NCBI GenBank assembly: GCA_937625935.1
Contig: OW569392.1
Span: forward strand, 62,001-126,000
Source: Tetramitus jugosus
Lineage: Eukaryota; Protista; Heterolobosea
DNA length: 64,000 nt
Direction of reading: 5' to 3'
The number at the start of each line of letters is the position of its first letter. Within the stretch, counting starts at the first letter, position 1. A model generated the notes under the pieces. The model was not told the DNA's origin, searched no databases, and saw only the letters and a list, made by a program, of their open reading frames with translations. This document shows, in pieces, positions 39,950-51,351 of this stretch. A program made the position numbers and the translations under genes.

Positions 39950-42280
39950 TTACTTGAGCCGCCTCTTTTTGTTTTGCTTCTTCTTGTTCTGTTTCGAGTT
40001 GTTGGAGGCATCTTGGTTGGGTTGTTTCTTTTGTTCAATTGAAGACACAAAGTTTGACTTGTTCATGCTTGTCGTATGTGTCTCTGCCATGATCATTGCT
40101 TCCAACTCATCTTCACCTGACAGTGCATCGTATTGGGCTTTGGAGATCTTTCCAGATTTTAGTTTCTTGATCAATTTGGCTTCTTTTTCAAGTTCATCCA
40201 TCTCTAACTTCTCGTACATGGCTCTCTTTCTCTTGACATTAATGGTTTTAGAATCTCTGATATCTCGCTTTTGTTGTGACATTGATTTCTTCTTCTTTTC
40301 CTCGTCAGAGTCATCGTTCTTGTTGAATTGAGAAGCTTCTGATGGTTCATTGGCTTGCTTTTCCTCTCTAATCTTTCTTGCTTTTTCACGACGAGAGTCC
40401 CTGTATGGCACATTCTCCATATTGGTCGAGCACAGTTGCTTATCCCAAACAAACTTAATGTTTTCAATCTTCTTCTGCTCTTCTCTCTTTTCCTTTGATG
40501 TCTTTCTTCTCTGGTTCTTCTTTTGTTTGTCCTTGTTGTTTGGATCGATGCCTTTGGCTGCAGCAACCAACTCTGATGGCAAAATCTTTTTCAATTCTCT
40601 CATTTTCTTGGGTAGCTCTGTCAATACGTAGGCACGAGCCAAGCTAGCAAAGTCCAATTGTCTCACACGGAAAATGTATTCACATTGATGTTCCCGATAA
40701 GCTCTCACAAATGTGATGAATGCTTGAGCACCCTTCTCCAAAATATCTCTGTCCTTGAGTGCAACACTCTTCATTGTTTTGAAGAATTTGTCCTTGTAAT
40801 CGTCGGAGAAGAGAGCGGCGGCTTCCTCTGCCGGATAAGGAATGACAGGCACTCGTTTCACGTGCAAGTACTCCACATAGTTATCTTCGTGCTTGGACAA
40901 GAGAACAATGGATTGACCACTCTTACCCATACGGGCTGTTCGACCCACACGATGAACAAACGAAGAAGGATCCGTTGGAGCATCATATTGAATAATGAGC
41001 TCAACGTTTGGTAGATCGAGACCTCTTGCGGCCACATCTGTGCACAACAAGACTTGCAACGATTTTTTTTCAGAAATGTCCTGCGGTTCAGCCATAAACG
41101 ACTCGTAGGTCAATTTTCTTCTCTTGGTCACCATTTGACCATGAAGAGCATGAACTTGATACAATAAATCAGAGTCCTTCTCATCATTGTCATCACCATC
41201 AATATTATTATGATGATGATTATTACTACTCTTCAACGTTTCTTGAAGCAATCTGTGATAATAATCAACAGAGGCGCACGTCAAGAAATAAATGATGACT
41301 TTGCCGTTGGATCCCACAGACAGTTCACTACACTGTTTGCGCAACAAGGAAGCAACAACAGCTAATCTCTCATCTTGATCACACACAACATAGTAGTTTG
41401 TGAGCTCAATAGGAGTAGCTTGCTTGGAGCTTTGTTGCACATCGACTTGAATGCTGACCACAGAGTTTTCCTTCTTGTCTAGACCTACACTCTTGACCAA
41501 ATCATTCATCAAGCATTCACTCATTGTAGCACTGAACAGACCATGAACAAGCTTTGTGTTAGCATCAGCATTGGAATAGGCACTCTTTCGTTCACGCTTC
41601 AAAAGCTTAATAATTTGTTCAAGTTGTGCACTGAAACCCATGTCCAACAAGCGATCAGCTTCGTCCAACACGAGCATTTGGAGCCAATCATGAGGAAACA
41701 CAAGAGTGCTTGTTAAAATGTCTAGTAGACGACCAGGAGTACAGACAGCAATCTGTCCAGTGAGACTCTCACTTTCGTCTCCACCAGTGATCAATTGAAC
41801 AGACACTGGACACTGTTCATTCTTTGAAAATAAGCTCGCCACAGAGTACACTTGCTTGGCAAGCTCTCGTGTCGGAGCAATCACAATACCGTAAACATAA
41901 TTCTCCTTCCAATACGCGGGAAATTTTCTCCGAAATTGCAAAAGGTGATGAAAAAGTGGCGCCAAATAAGCCAACGTTTTTCCTGATCCAGTACAAGCTT
42001 GAACAAGCACATTGGTCCGATCCAACAACAATGGAATACTGTTTTCCTGGACGGGTGACATGTGTGTGAACTGAAATTGATTTTGAATAATGTCTAGAAT
42101 GATGGGATCTAATTGTTGTTGTTGTTGTTGTTGTTCATTGGTGGTGAGTGATGACCATTGTTTACCGAGTGCAATGGCAGGTGTTGCTACTGTTTGTTGT
42201 TGAATTTTTAATTGTTGTTTTTCAAGTTGGTGTTGTTGTTGTTTTTCCTTCTTCTTTTGTTGTTTGTGTTTGGATGTCAT
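39950..42280 (-). CDS. DDX55: DEAD-box RNA helicase DDX55/Spb4 (60S biogenesis)
   Basis: Q motif FTHMSPVQ, then ACTGSGKT, PTRELA, TPGRL, DEAD, SAT, ARGLD and HRVGRTAR. The Spb4/DDX55-type C-terminal extension DRDILEKGAQAFITFVRAYREHQCEYIFR precedes a Lys-rich tail. Confidence 0.92.
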   Translation of the reverse strand: MTSKHKQQKKKEKQQQHQLEKQQLKIQQQTVATPAIALGKQWSSLTTNEQQQQQQQLDPIILDIIQNQFQFTHMSPVQENSIPLLLDRTNVLVQACTGSGKTLAYLAPLFHHLLQFRRKFPAYWKENYVYGIVIAPTRELAKQVYSVASLFSKNEQCPVSVQLITGGDESESLTGQIAVCTPGRLLDILTSTLVFPHDWLQMLVLDEADRLLDMGFSAQLEQIIKLLKRERKSAYSNADANTKLVHGLFSATMSECLMNDLVKSVGLDKKENSVVSIQVDVQQSSKQATPIELTNYYVVCDQDERLAVVASLLRKQCSELSVGSNGKVIIYFLTCASVDYYHRLLQETLKSSNNHHHNNIDGDDNDEKDSDLLYQVHALHGQMVTKRRKLTYESFMAEPQDISEKKSLQVLLCTDVAARGLDLPNVELIIQYDAPTDPSSFVHRVGRTARMGKSGQSIVLLSKHEDNYVEYLHVKRVPVIPYPAEEAAALFSDDYKDKFFKTMKSVALKDRDILEKGAQAFITFVRAYREHQCEYIFRVRQLDFASLARAYVLTELPKKMRELKKILPSELVAAAKGIDPNNKDKQKKNQRRKTSKEKREEQKKIENIKFVWDKQLCSTNMENVPYRDSRREKARKIREEKQANEPSEASQFNKNDDSDEEKKKKSMSQQKRDIRDSKTINVKRKRAMYEKLEMDELEKEAKLIKKLKSGKISKAQYDALSGEDELEAMIMAETHTTSMNKSNFVSSIEQKKQPNQDASNNSKQNKKKQNKKRRLK

Positions 42281-42482
42281 TTTTTTTGATCAGAGATAAA
42301 TATGAATTGGTTGGTGTTGGTGGTTGTTGGTTGTTGTTGATATCGTCTCTGTCTGTTCTGCTATTGTTGTTTGTTGTTTGATATTGCAATTTTTTCCTTG
42401 TTGTTCAAGTGAATTGTTGAAGCGGACAATTGATTTCCGATCAAATTTCACACGTTGAGAAAATCGGAATACAATGATTGGT

Positions 42483-45400
42483 TTACAATGATATTTCGTC
42501 AATGTCTCCGAAATCACTGTCTAAATCTGCAAATTTCTGGAGAGTGGTTGGATTTCCTCGTCCAATTCCTCGATTCGCTCCTCCAGTGCTGTTGGATGGC
42601 CTACCACTGTTCAGGAATACAATGGGTTTGTTGGACATCGTGGTTTCTTCTTTGGGTGAGTGATCCTTGGAAGACTTGGAAGATGACGATTCATTGAAGT
42701 TCTCGATTTTTGTTGGAGTAACAACAGATTTCTCTTCTTCTTTAACCTGCTCCTCTTCTTCTTCATCAGTTTCCTCAGCTTCATCTTCGTCTTCGTATTC
42801 ACTCTCTCCTTCTTCGTCGGTTTCTTCTTCCTCCGATTCCTCCTCTCTTGTAGGTTCAAAACGTGAAACAACTGGAGTAGGAGAGAGTTTGTTCGGTACT
42901 ACTATCTGATTTACCTTCTGCTCTTCTTCTGTTAGGTCATCCTCATCGTTTTCCTCTTCATACTCCTCAGTTTCTTCCTCTTCAGAACCTTCATCCGTCT
43001 CATACTCACTACCTTCTTCAAATCCCTCTTCTGCTTCCTTCTCTTCTTCATTCACCGTTTCATCTTCCTTTTTCTTGATGAGTGTTGGAGCCGGGGTTGG
43101 AGTAGAATTCTTTACTTGTTGTAACCGCTGAACTGCTTCCTTGGAAAGTTGAGCATCTCTCATCCTCCTTTCTCTTTCTTGCTGAGAAATTAGGTTTGTT
43201 CGAGGAACAGAAAGCGGTAAGTTGTCCTCTGATACTCTTGACTTGATCTCTTTACTAGTTGGGGAAACTCTCTTCTTCTTACTTTGGAAATGTTCTTCAG
43301 CTAAATGGTCGAGTGTGAATCGTAACTGTTCAACCAAACTTAGAATTTCATTATCTTCTTCACGTGCATGTTCTATCATCTCCATTCCTCGAACATACTG
43401 CGATTCATCAATTCCATCTGCAGAAGGTTCGATCTGGAATCCTCTCAGTTCTTCTTCCAATTGATCCAGTATTTCATTTCTTTCGAAGTCCAACAATTGT
43501 GTTTTGTAATCAAAGTTCGACCTCAAATATTGTTTTTGTTGGTCGGGTTTGAATGGTTCCGAAGAATCATAAGTTCTCAGAATCGAGTTTCCTCTCACTC
43601 CCGGAAATACCTCAAACACAGAGCTGCTTTCACTCGCTACACTCTCTGATACACTGTCATTAATGGTCGAGTTTTGAACGGAATGAACAGAAGTATGAAT
43701 TGAATCGCGTAACTGTTGAGTGTAAATGACTGGCTCGGGGGCAAGTAATTCTGGAGTTTTCGGTCCAACTACTTCTTTTTGGGGAGATGGTTCACGAATG
43801 ACAGTTGACGCAGGAACAACAATCCTCTTTGTAACTGGGATTGGTTTTGGAGCATTCTGCTCTTGTTGTTGAGGTGACCGGTTATTAACCACACTAGATG
43901 CAGGAACAACAATTTTCTTTGTTACCGCGATAGGTTTTGGAGGACTCTGTTCTCGTCTTTGAGGTGGTTTGCTTGGCTCTTCTTTCTTGGGTGCTACTCT
44001 GATACTTGATCTGACGTTTGAGATATTTTGAACCTGATTATCAATCTTTTGCTGTAGTTGATTTACCATCCTCTCAACACCAGCTAATTTTGATGATATC
44101 TCGGTTGATTCACGGGGATTCTTTCTCTCGACTGTTAGAGTGTCCTTAAAAGCTTGTAATTTTTCTTCAATTGCCCGTAGAAGGCTAGTCCTAGAACTCT
44201 GCTCAAACTTCCCGAGTTCTTCCTGAACTTTCCGAGCGATAATAGAACTATCTCTAACAGACTCTCCCTTGGTATTACTAGTATTGATAGTGTTTAAGAC
44301 TCGTTCTTGTTTGTTCAAAACAGATTCGGACAATTTTGACAGTTCCCTTTGTAACAATTGTTGATTCTGAAACTCTTGCCTCTCGAGTTTGGTCATCAAA
44401 TCCATCTCCATTCGTTTCATATGCGATTGAATCTCACCCATGGATGGTGATTGATCTCCATTAGTGGTTGGAAAAGCTCCTGCTCCTGATTTGAGACCTT
44501 GGTACATCATTTTCACCTTCTCGGGATTGGCACCATACACGACTTGATAAGCATACACCAACTTCTTCTTTCGTTTCAATTCTCGTTTCAAGAGGTTTGT
44601 TTCTTCCTCTTTGTGGGCCAATAGAGCTCTGCACTTTTCAAAATCCGATAAAATTACTTGAGTATCATTCTCCATGGACTTCTTTTTCGTGTCCAAGTAG
44701 TTTTGTACATACAACAAGTATTCAATAATGAGTTGTGATATTCTAAACAACTGAACAAAGTTCTCTTCCGTAAAATATCTCATATCTAAATTGAAGCACA
44801 ACAACAAATGAAAGTTTCTCCAATTAGTACAAAAAAGTTAAGAAATAATTGATGACAAATGAATCAAGCGTACCATTATAATCAATCCTCGCAAAGGTAA
44901 TGTTCTTTGTAATACTCTCCAGTGTTTCAATATCTACATCATCAATCAACTTTTCAATATCAATCGCACTCATTATTCTCCAATTCAATCGTTCTCTTCT
45001 CGGTTTAAAATAAAAACTAGCTTGCTGTTCATTCGATGAACATGATGGTTGGTGCGTAGGACTATTGATCTTTTGTTGCGTAGATGGAAAGTATGATTGA
45101 TGTTGTTGATTCGATGGATGATATGTGGCAGGAGCAGTGTGACGATAGTAAGACGATGATGAAGGATAATTCATCATTGTTGGATGACGAGACTGTTGAT
45201 ATTGATAATGATGATTATAAGTGGGTCCTTCAGAAGCATACATGTTGTTTCTATTATTATTGTTATTATTAACATTATTAGTCGATCTATAATATTCATT
45301 AAAAGCACCCATATGACCATTTCGATTCATATTTGTACTGTGAGAGTACATGTGAGGTGGTTGAGAAGCGGATGATGGTCTTTGACGCATAAAGTACTCT

Positions 45401-45600
45401 TCATTTTGTTGCTGTCTCTCAAAAAATTCTTCATCCAAGTTGGTATTATTGTTGTTGTTCATGTTGTTATTATTGTTAGTTGGTGAAGTTCTAGTGTTGT
45501 TGTTGTTATTGTTAGAGTGAGTAGCTCTTGGAGAGACATCGTTAATCCATTGTTCAACGTGTCTTCGTTTGTTGTCACGATCACTTGAATGGTGGCTCAT
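42483..45600 (-). CDS. DZIP1: DZIP1/Iguana-like ciliary basal-body protein (2 exons)
   Basis: Exon 1 is 45600-44874 and exon 2 is 44785-42483. Removing intron 44873-44786 (GTACGC...ACTAAT...TTAG) joins FYFKPRRERLNWRIMSAIDIEKLIDDVDIETLE...NITFARIDYND to MRYFTEENFVQLFRISQLIIEYLLYVQ. This is the Dzip-like N-terminal domain, followed by coiled coil. Confidence 0.8.
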
Positions 45601-45912
45601 TACTATTATTCTAGCTGTAAGGAATTGGAAACTTTGTGAATTGGTTCGTCGCAGTTGATAATTTTTTCAATCCCTTCTGAAAGGGCGCCAAAGCACACTT
45701 TTTGGCGCGAGCCAGTCGTAGATGCATTATGGGCGCTACAAATATTCAATTCATTTTTCCCCGACAAAATCACACGTGGTCAAATCATGTACTGGTGCAC
45801 CAGAAAACTGGCAACAGCTATTGTTCGAATTCCACTCACAACCACCATCAACAACCACAACAAACTCATAACCAAACACATTCGGTCACCACCACCACCA
45901 TACCACAGAACC

Positions 45913-46665
45913 ATGTCAACAACCAATAACAAACAAAACACACTTGTATTATTCGATGTCGATGGAACATTGACTGCTCCAAGACTCAAAGTCACACCAG
46001 ACATGCTTCAAATGTTGCAACAATTGCGTGAAAAAGTAACGATTGGTATCGTTGGAGGATCTGATCTTGTCAAACAAGTTGAACAATTGGGTGAATCCGT
46101 TCTGGAGGACTTTGACTATGTTTTTAGTGAAAATGGACTCATGGCCTATCATCAATCAAAGCTTATTGGTCAAACATCGATCAAGGATCATTTGGGTGAA
46201 GAAGCTCTCAAGCAATTTATTAATTTTGTGTTGATTGAGATTGCTACGTTGGATATTCCAGTCAAGAGAGGTACTTTTATTGAATTTAGGAACGGTATGT
46301 TGAATGTGAGTCCAATTGGAAGAAATTGTTCTCAGCAAGAGAGGTGCGATTTTGAAAAATATGATTTGGAGCACAAGATTAGAGATTCCTTGGTGAAGAA
46401 ACTGCAGGAGAAGTTTGCTCATTTGAATTTGAGATATAGCATTGGTGGACAGATTAGTTTTGATGTGTTTCCAGAGGGCTGGGACAAGACTTTTTGCTTG
46501 AGATATGTCAAGGATGCCGGTTTCAGTGAAATTCACTTTTTCGGCGACAAGACATTCCAAGGTGGCAACGATTATGAAATCTTTGAGAGTGAGCACACTG
46601 TAGGTCACTCGGTGACCAACTTTAAGGACACTATGGAACTGTGTCAAAAGCTTTTCCTCCAGTAA
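45913..46665 (+). CDS. PMM: Phosphomannomutase (eukaryotic PMM/Sec53, HAD IIB)
   Basis: Motifs [56 protein letters not shown] and FFGDKT..GGNDYEI. Confidence 0.96.
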   Translation: MSTTNNKQNTLVLFDVDGTLTAPRLKVTPDMLQMLQQLREKVTIGIVGGSDLVKQVEQLGESVLEDFDYVFSENGLMAYHQSKLIGQTSIKDHLGEEALKQFINFVLIEIATLDIPVKRGTFIEFRNGMLNVSPIGRNCSQQERCDFEKYDLEHKIRDSLVKKLQEKFAHLNLRYSIGGQISFDVFPEGWDKTFCLRYVKDAGFSEIHFFGDKTFQGGNDYEIFESEHTVGHSVTNFKDTMELCQKLFLQ

Positions 46666-46874
46666 TAATAAAGATAACTTGTATACAACGAAACGAATAC
46701 ACGTTTGTTTCCACACACGCTGTTACTCCGAAGGGTTACAAAGCTATTTTTAACATTACCCAAAGAAAATGAAGCATAAAAAGGCTGACGCCAACACCAA
46801 AAGATCACCAGAAAAACACAAAAAACAAACAAACAATATCACCCAACAACAACAACATACAATACAAACATACA

Positions 46875-48640
46875 ATGGATATTAATTCACTATCGACTCC
46901 ACCTACAGAAGAAGAACTTGAAAAGTTTACACCTGTTGATCCTGATACTCTCCCTCGTAAATATACTCGTGAGATCAACAGTCGTATCTTTGTGAACAGA
47001 AGTGTCAATCTTGACAATATTGAATACTTTGGTTGTATGTAGTAAGCTACTCACTGACTCTTTTCACAGTTGAAACAAAAATTCGGAAAAACTTTTTTTT
47101 TATGAGATCACAAAAAGACTAACATGAAAAATTGTTTTATGCACAGTTGACATGGATTACACTCTGGCAGTGTACAATTCACCTGCATTTGAAGATTTAC
47201 AAATTAAATTGACAGTTGAACGATTGATCAAGAGAGGTTATCCAAAAGAGATTGAAAATATTCGATTTGATCCTGGATTTGCTGTTCGTGGTCTCTTCCT
47301 GGACAAAAAATATGGTAATTTGGTTCATTTGGACAACTTTGGCTTCTTGTTGGCTTGTGTTCACGGATTTAAGGTCATTCCTCTCAATGACTCTCAATTA
47401 TTGGAGTGGTACCCTGACAAGATTGTTCATCCAAGTGAAATTGGAAAGAGATACTATTGCTTTGATACACTCTTTGGATTGTATGTATTTTATTGCTGTT
47501 TTTGGTGGTGCAAGGCACACAAAAGCTTTTTAGCTTTTAGCTCAGAGCTTTTTCGTGTGTTGTGCTGTATTGTTTTTGCCGCCCAATTTTGTTTTGTAAA
47601 TTTACAGCTAACTGACTGAACAAAAAAATAGGCCTGAAGCTTACCTATATGCAAGCTTGGTTGATTTCTTTGAGAAGACACACCAAGAATCACACATTCA
47701 AGAAAAGGGACCTGTTGAAATCTCCTATTGGTCACTGTTTGATGACGTGAGAGAGTGCACTCATGAGATTCACGTCGACGGTTCCATCAAGCAAAATATT
47801 CTAGGTGATTTGCCTTCTTACATTAGAAAGGATGATCGATTGATCACCATGTTGCGTCTCGCCAGACAAAACAACAAGAAGACCTTTTTGCTCACAAACT
47901 CTGAATTCTACTACACGACCAGTGTCATGGAATACATGTTGAGCACTGAGATTGCTGAAGAAGGATATGACTCATGGAGAGACTACTTTGACATTATTAT
48001 TACCAATGCATGCAAGCCAAGATTCTTCATGGAGGGTTCTACACTGAGAGAGATCAATCTGGAGACTGGCGCACCAAAGTTTACTTCAGTGTCCAAGCAG
48101 TTTGAAAAGGGAAAGATTTATGCCGGTGGTAATTTTGCAATGTTCAAGAAATTGACGGGAACAAAGGGTGGAGAAGTGCTGTACGTCGGAGACAACATTA
48201 TGCACGACATTGTTCAAACAAAGAAGTCAAGATGCCTGTGGAGAACATTGTTGATTGTGAGAGAGTTGGAGCAAGAGACTGGCGTGTGGGCCAATTCTCT
48301 CCATCACTGGAATCACATTCAAAACTTGGAATACTTGAGAGCAAAGACATATAGAAATATGAACTCTGCTGATGGTAAGGCACCAAACGATACTCCTATC
48401 AAGAAGCACATTGCTATGCAGTCAGAGAAGATGGATGCTCAGTTCAATCCATGGTTCGGAAGCTCGTTCAGGAAGGGAACATCCGAAAGTTTCTTCTCCA
48501 GTCAAGTCAAGCGATTTGCTGATTTGTATGCCAGTGATTGCTTGAACTTGCTGAGCTATCCACACTATTACTACTTCAGCTCTTTGCCACAGTTGCTGCC
48601 TCACGAGTTGGAAGCATTGCACAATGCAAAGAACAACTAA
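46875..48640 (+). CDS. NT5C2: Cytosolic 5'-nucleotidase II (cN-II/NT5C2-like, HAD) (3 exons)
   Basis: Exons are 46875-47034, 47147-47480 and 47632-48640. Removing introns 47035-47146 and 47481-47631 (GTATGT...CTAAC...AG) restores RIFVNRS...FGFDMDYTL and TLFGLPEAYL. Further motifs are FLLTNSEF, KPRFF, LYVGDNI, WRTLLIVRELE and RFADLY. Confidence 0.9.
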
Positions 48641-48702
48641 GAAGCTTCAACATGTACACATCGTAAAATAAAAAGAAATTGCAGAAAGAGTCACATGTTT
48701 GT

Positions 48703-49725
48703 TTATTCCTTTGCATTCTTAAAGTGTTGCAAAATGGCAGAGAAATCCTTGTTTGCCAAACCTTCTTGAACAGCCTTCTCGTACTCTGCAATACTCACAC
48801 CACCAAAGTTCAACTTTTGACCGACTTCACCAGCAGCCAACTCTGCCAACTTCAAGTCCTTCAACATGAGGGCACAAGCGAAACCACCTTCATAGTTCTT
48901 GCTGGATGGAACATTCTCCATGACACCTGGATATGGATTATAGGAATCAGAGCTCCAGCATCTAGCAGTCGATGTGTTAAAGATTTGAGAGAGAACCTTT
49001 GGATCCATTCCCAACTTTTCACCCAACACCAATGCTTCACTCACTGCACTCATGGTAATACCCAACACCAAATTGTTACAAATCTTTGCAGCTTCACCAG
49101 CACCCACATTCTCACCACAAGCAACAATATTCTTGCCCATACGAGACAAAACAGGGATAATTCTGTTGGACCACACAGCAGAATCCTTGGAAACACCACC
49201 AACCATAAAAGTCAAAGTTCCAGCAGCAGCACCATTGACACCACCACTCACTGGAGCATCAACAAACACAAATGAACCATTGGAAGACAATAAGCTTTGA
49301 GCAGCGACTTGAGAACTAGTTGGATCAATAGTAGACGAGTCAATAAAAACAGCGTCTTCACTCTTGACATGTGAAGCAATATCCTTGTACACTTGCTTGA
49401 CTTGATTTGGACCAGGAAGCATCGTAATCAGAGTATTGACTTGTTTGGCCACTTCAGATGGAGAGCTACAACCAATAATGTTATACTCTGGATTTTCATC
49501 AATCAACTGTTGGATAATCTTGTCGTTTGTGTCAAACACAAAGAGCTTTGAGCTTTGAGCTGTTGGAGCTTTTCGTACGAGGTGAGGAGCCATACGTGAG
49601 CCCATTTGGCCTAGACCAATGAAACCAATAGTTTCAACAGCAGCAGGTGTGGCATTGGAAGAGTAGGATCTCTTGGCACTGTGGAGCAAAAAGCTTTTGA
49701 TCAGTTGTTGTTGGCGAAGCATCAT
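48703..49725 (-). CDS. HIBADH: 3-hydroxyisobutyrate dehydrogenase, mitochondrial
   Basis: IGFIGLGQMG, IDSSTIDP, DAPVSGGVNGAAAGTLTFMVGG, AAKICNN, STARCWSSDSYNPYPG and LMLKDLKLA. An Arg/Ser-rich presequence begins at MMLRQQQ. Confidence 0.93.
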   Translation of the reverse strand: MMLRQQQLIKSFLLHSAKRSYSSNATPAAVETIGFIGLGQMGSRMAPHLVRKAPTAQSSKLFVFDTNDKIIQQLIDENPEYNIIGCSSPSEVAKQVNTLITMLPGPNQVKQVYKDIASHVKSEDAVFIDSSTIDPTSSQVAAQSLLSSNGSFVFVDAPVSGGVNGAAAGTLTFMVGGVSKDSAVWSNRIIPVLSRMGKNIVACGENVGAGEAAKICNNLVLGITMSAVSEALVLGEKLGMDPKVLSQIFNTSTARCWSSDSYNPYPGVMENVPSSKNYEGGFACALMLKDLKLAELAAGEVGQKLNFGGVSIAEYEKAVQEGLANKDFSAILQHFKNAKE

Positions 49726-49953
49726 TTGGTCGGTGGATTTTTTCTTTTTCTCTTGGATGTTTTCGCGCGGGAGACATCGGAGGAATAAGATTTTGCAGAG
49801 GAGATTTGATTGGGCAGGTGAACGTCCGAAGGAGCGACTACAGTGCGAGACTGCGAACAAAGATGGAAAAAAGCGGATGAAATGAGATTTCTCCTAACTT
49901 TGTTGATGACTACTCTGAGAAACTGAAACAAAAGAGAACATACTGCAATAAAT

Positions 49954-51188
49954 ATGATGATGAATTCTGAAGGTATGAGCTCACTATTTCCCTCGAGTAT
50001 ACTGTTCTTCAATTCACTCTAATTCTCTTTCTTGAAGAAGTTTCTATTCCAACTCAAGAAGAGGGACAGCGAAAGAATAGGCCAAGTATTGCCATTCAAG
50101 TTGAACCGAGTTCGATTCAATCATCTCCAAAGCCCTTACTCAGAAGTCACAGTTCTCCTGCTCTCCCAAAGAGACTCTCGGAGGAACAATCGAAGGTCCC
50201 TATGACTCCAATGGCAGGAGTAAAGAGAAAGAGTGGTTATTCCCCAGGTTTCACTAGCCCAACTTTGTTGAAAACTCCAGAATGGAAGAAAGAATTGGAT
50301 CAAGAGACATCAGAGCAAGTTTCATTCAGGAAGGCACTCGAAGAACAGTATTATGTGAATGTAAAACTAATAACAAAAGATGGTTTTGCTCGAAGTGTCA
50401 AGGATATTCATGACGAGTTGAAGACTGTTCGAAAAAAGTACACAAAGCTGAATATTGAGCCATATATTCCAGGTGGAAAGTATGAGAGTCCTATTCCATC
50501 TCCTTCTTCTCCGGCAAGCAGAGAATCTTTGGTTTTCTACAAGAGATTCAAGTACTATGATGAGAGTGTTAGAGCTCGAAATGAAGAAATGTCGAAAGTT
50601 CAAGCAGAAAGACGAAAGAATAGGATGTTAGTGGAGGTGAAAGAAAGAGAGGAAACAGAACGAATACAACAGGTGAAAAAGGAGGAAGAGAAAAGAAAAC
50701 GAGAGTTAGAACGAGAAAAATTAAGAACAATGAAAACAGTACGATCTCCTAGAGAAAAACTAGTGGAAGAGGAAAAGAAACAAGTTAGGATCCAATACCC
50801 AAAGGTGCATATCCCAAAGAATCCCAAAACACCCAGAGAAATTGAAGAGGAGAAACGACTAGAGTTTATCGAAGAATACAAGAGAAAGAAAGATTTCTCC
50901 TTCCTTAAGAATCTTCCAAAATATATGCCACCACCAGTACTTTTCCTGAGAGACCCTGCAGTTAATCGTCCAGTGCCCAAAACAAAGGCCAAACAAGAAT
51001 CCTCCCCTACAAAGACCAAAGGAAATGGCGAACCTCCAGTTGTTCTCGAACCCGAGCTCGAAGTCGTTGTGGGAGAGAGAAAGAGGTTGAGATGGAGTGA
51101 CGATCTTGGTATCTCCTCACAGTACGAGTTGTCAGACAGTGAAGAGTCAGATACCTTCGAGCTCGCACCGCCCACTACTCCCCATTGA
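49954..51188 (+). CDS. Charged coiled-coil protein with a C-terminal RVxF-like motif (2 exons)
   Basis: Micro-exon 49954-49972 and intron 49973-50037 (GTATGA...CTAAT...AAG) are in frame with ORF 50202..51188. The protein has an E/K/R-rich coiled coil and KRLRW near the C-terminus. Confidence 0.6.
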
Positions 51189-51351
51189 AAATTAATGAGA
51201 TTCTTCTGAAGCTCGGACATCAGTATCAGTTTTTTTTACAATTTTATTGATTATAATTCAATGGTGGAGTTGTGACCTGAAGCTCACACATCAAGAATCA
51301 ATTTTATCTGCCTTTTCGGAAGCTTGAAAAAAGCAAAAACAGCAGCCAATC

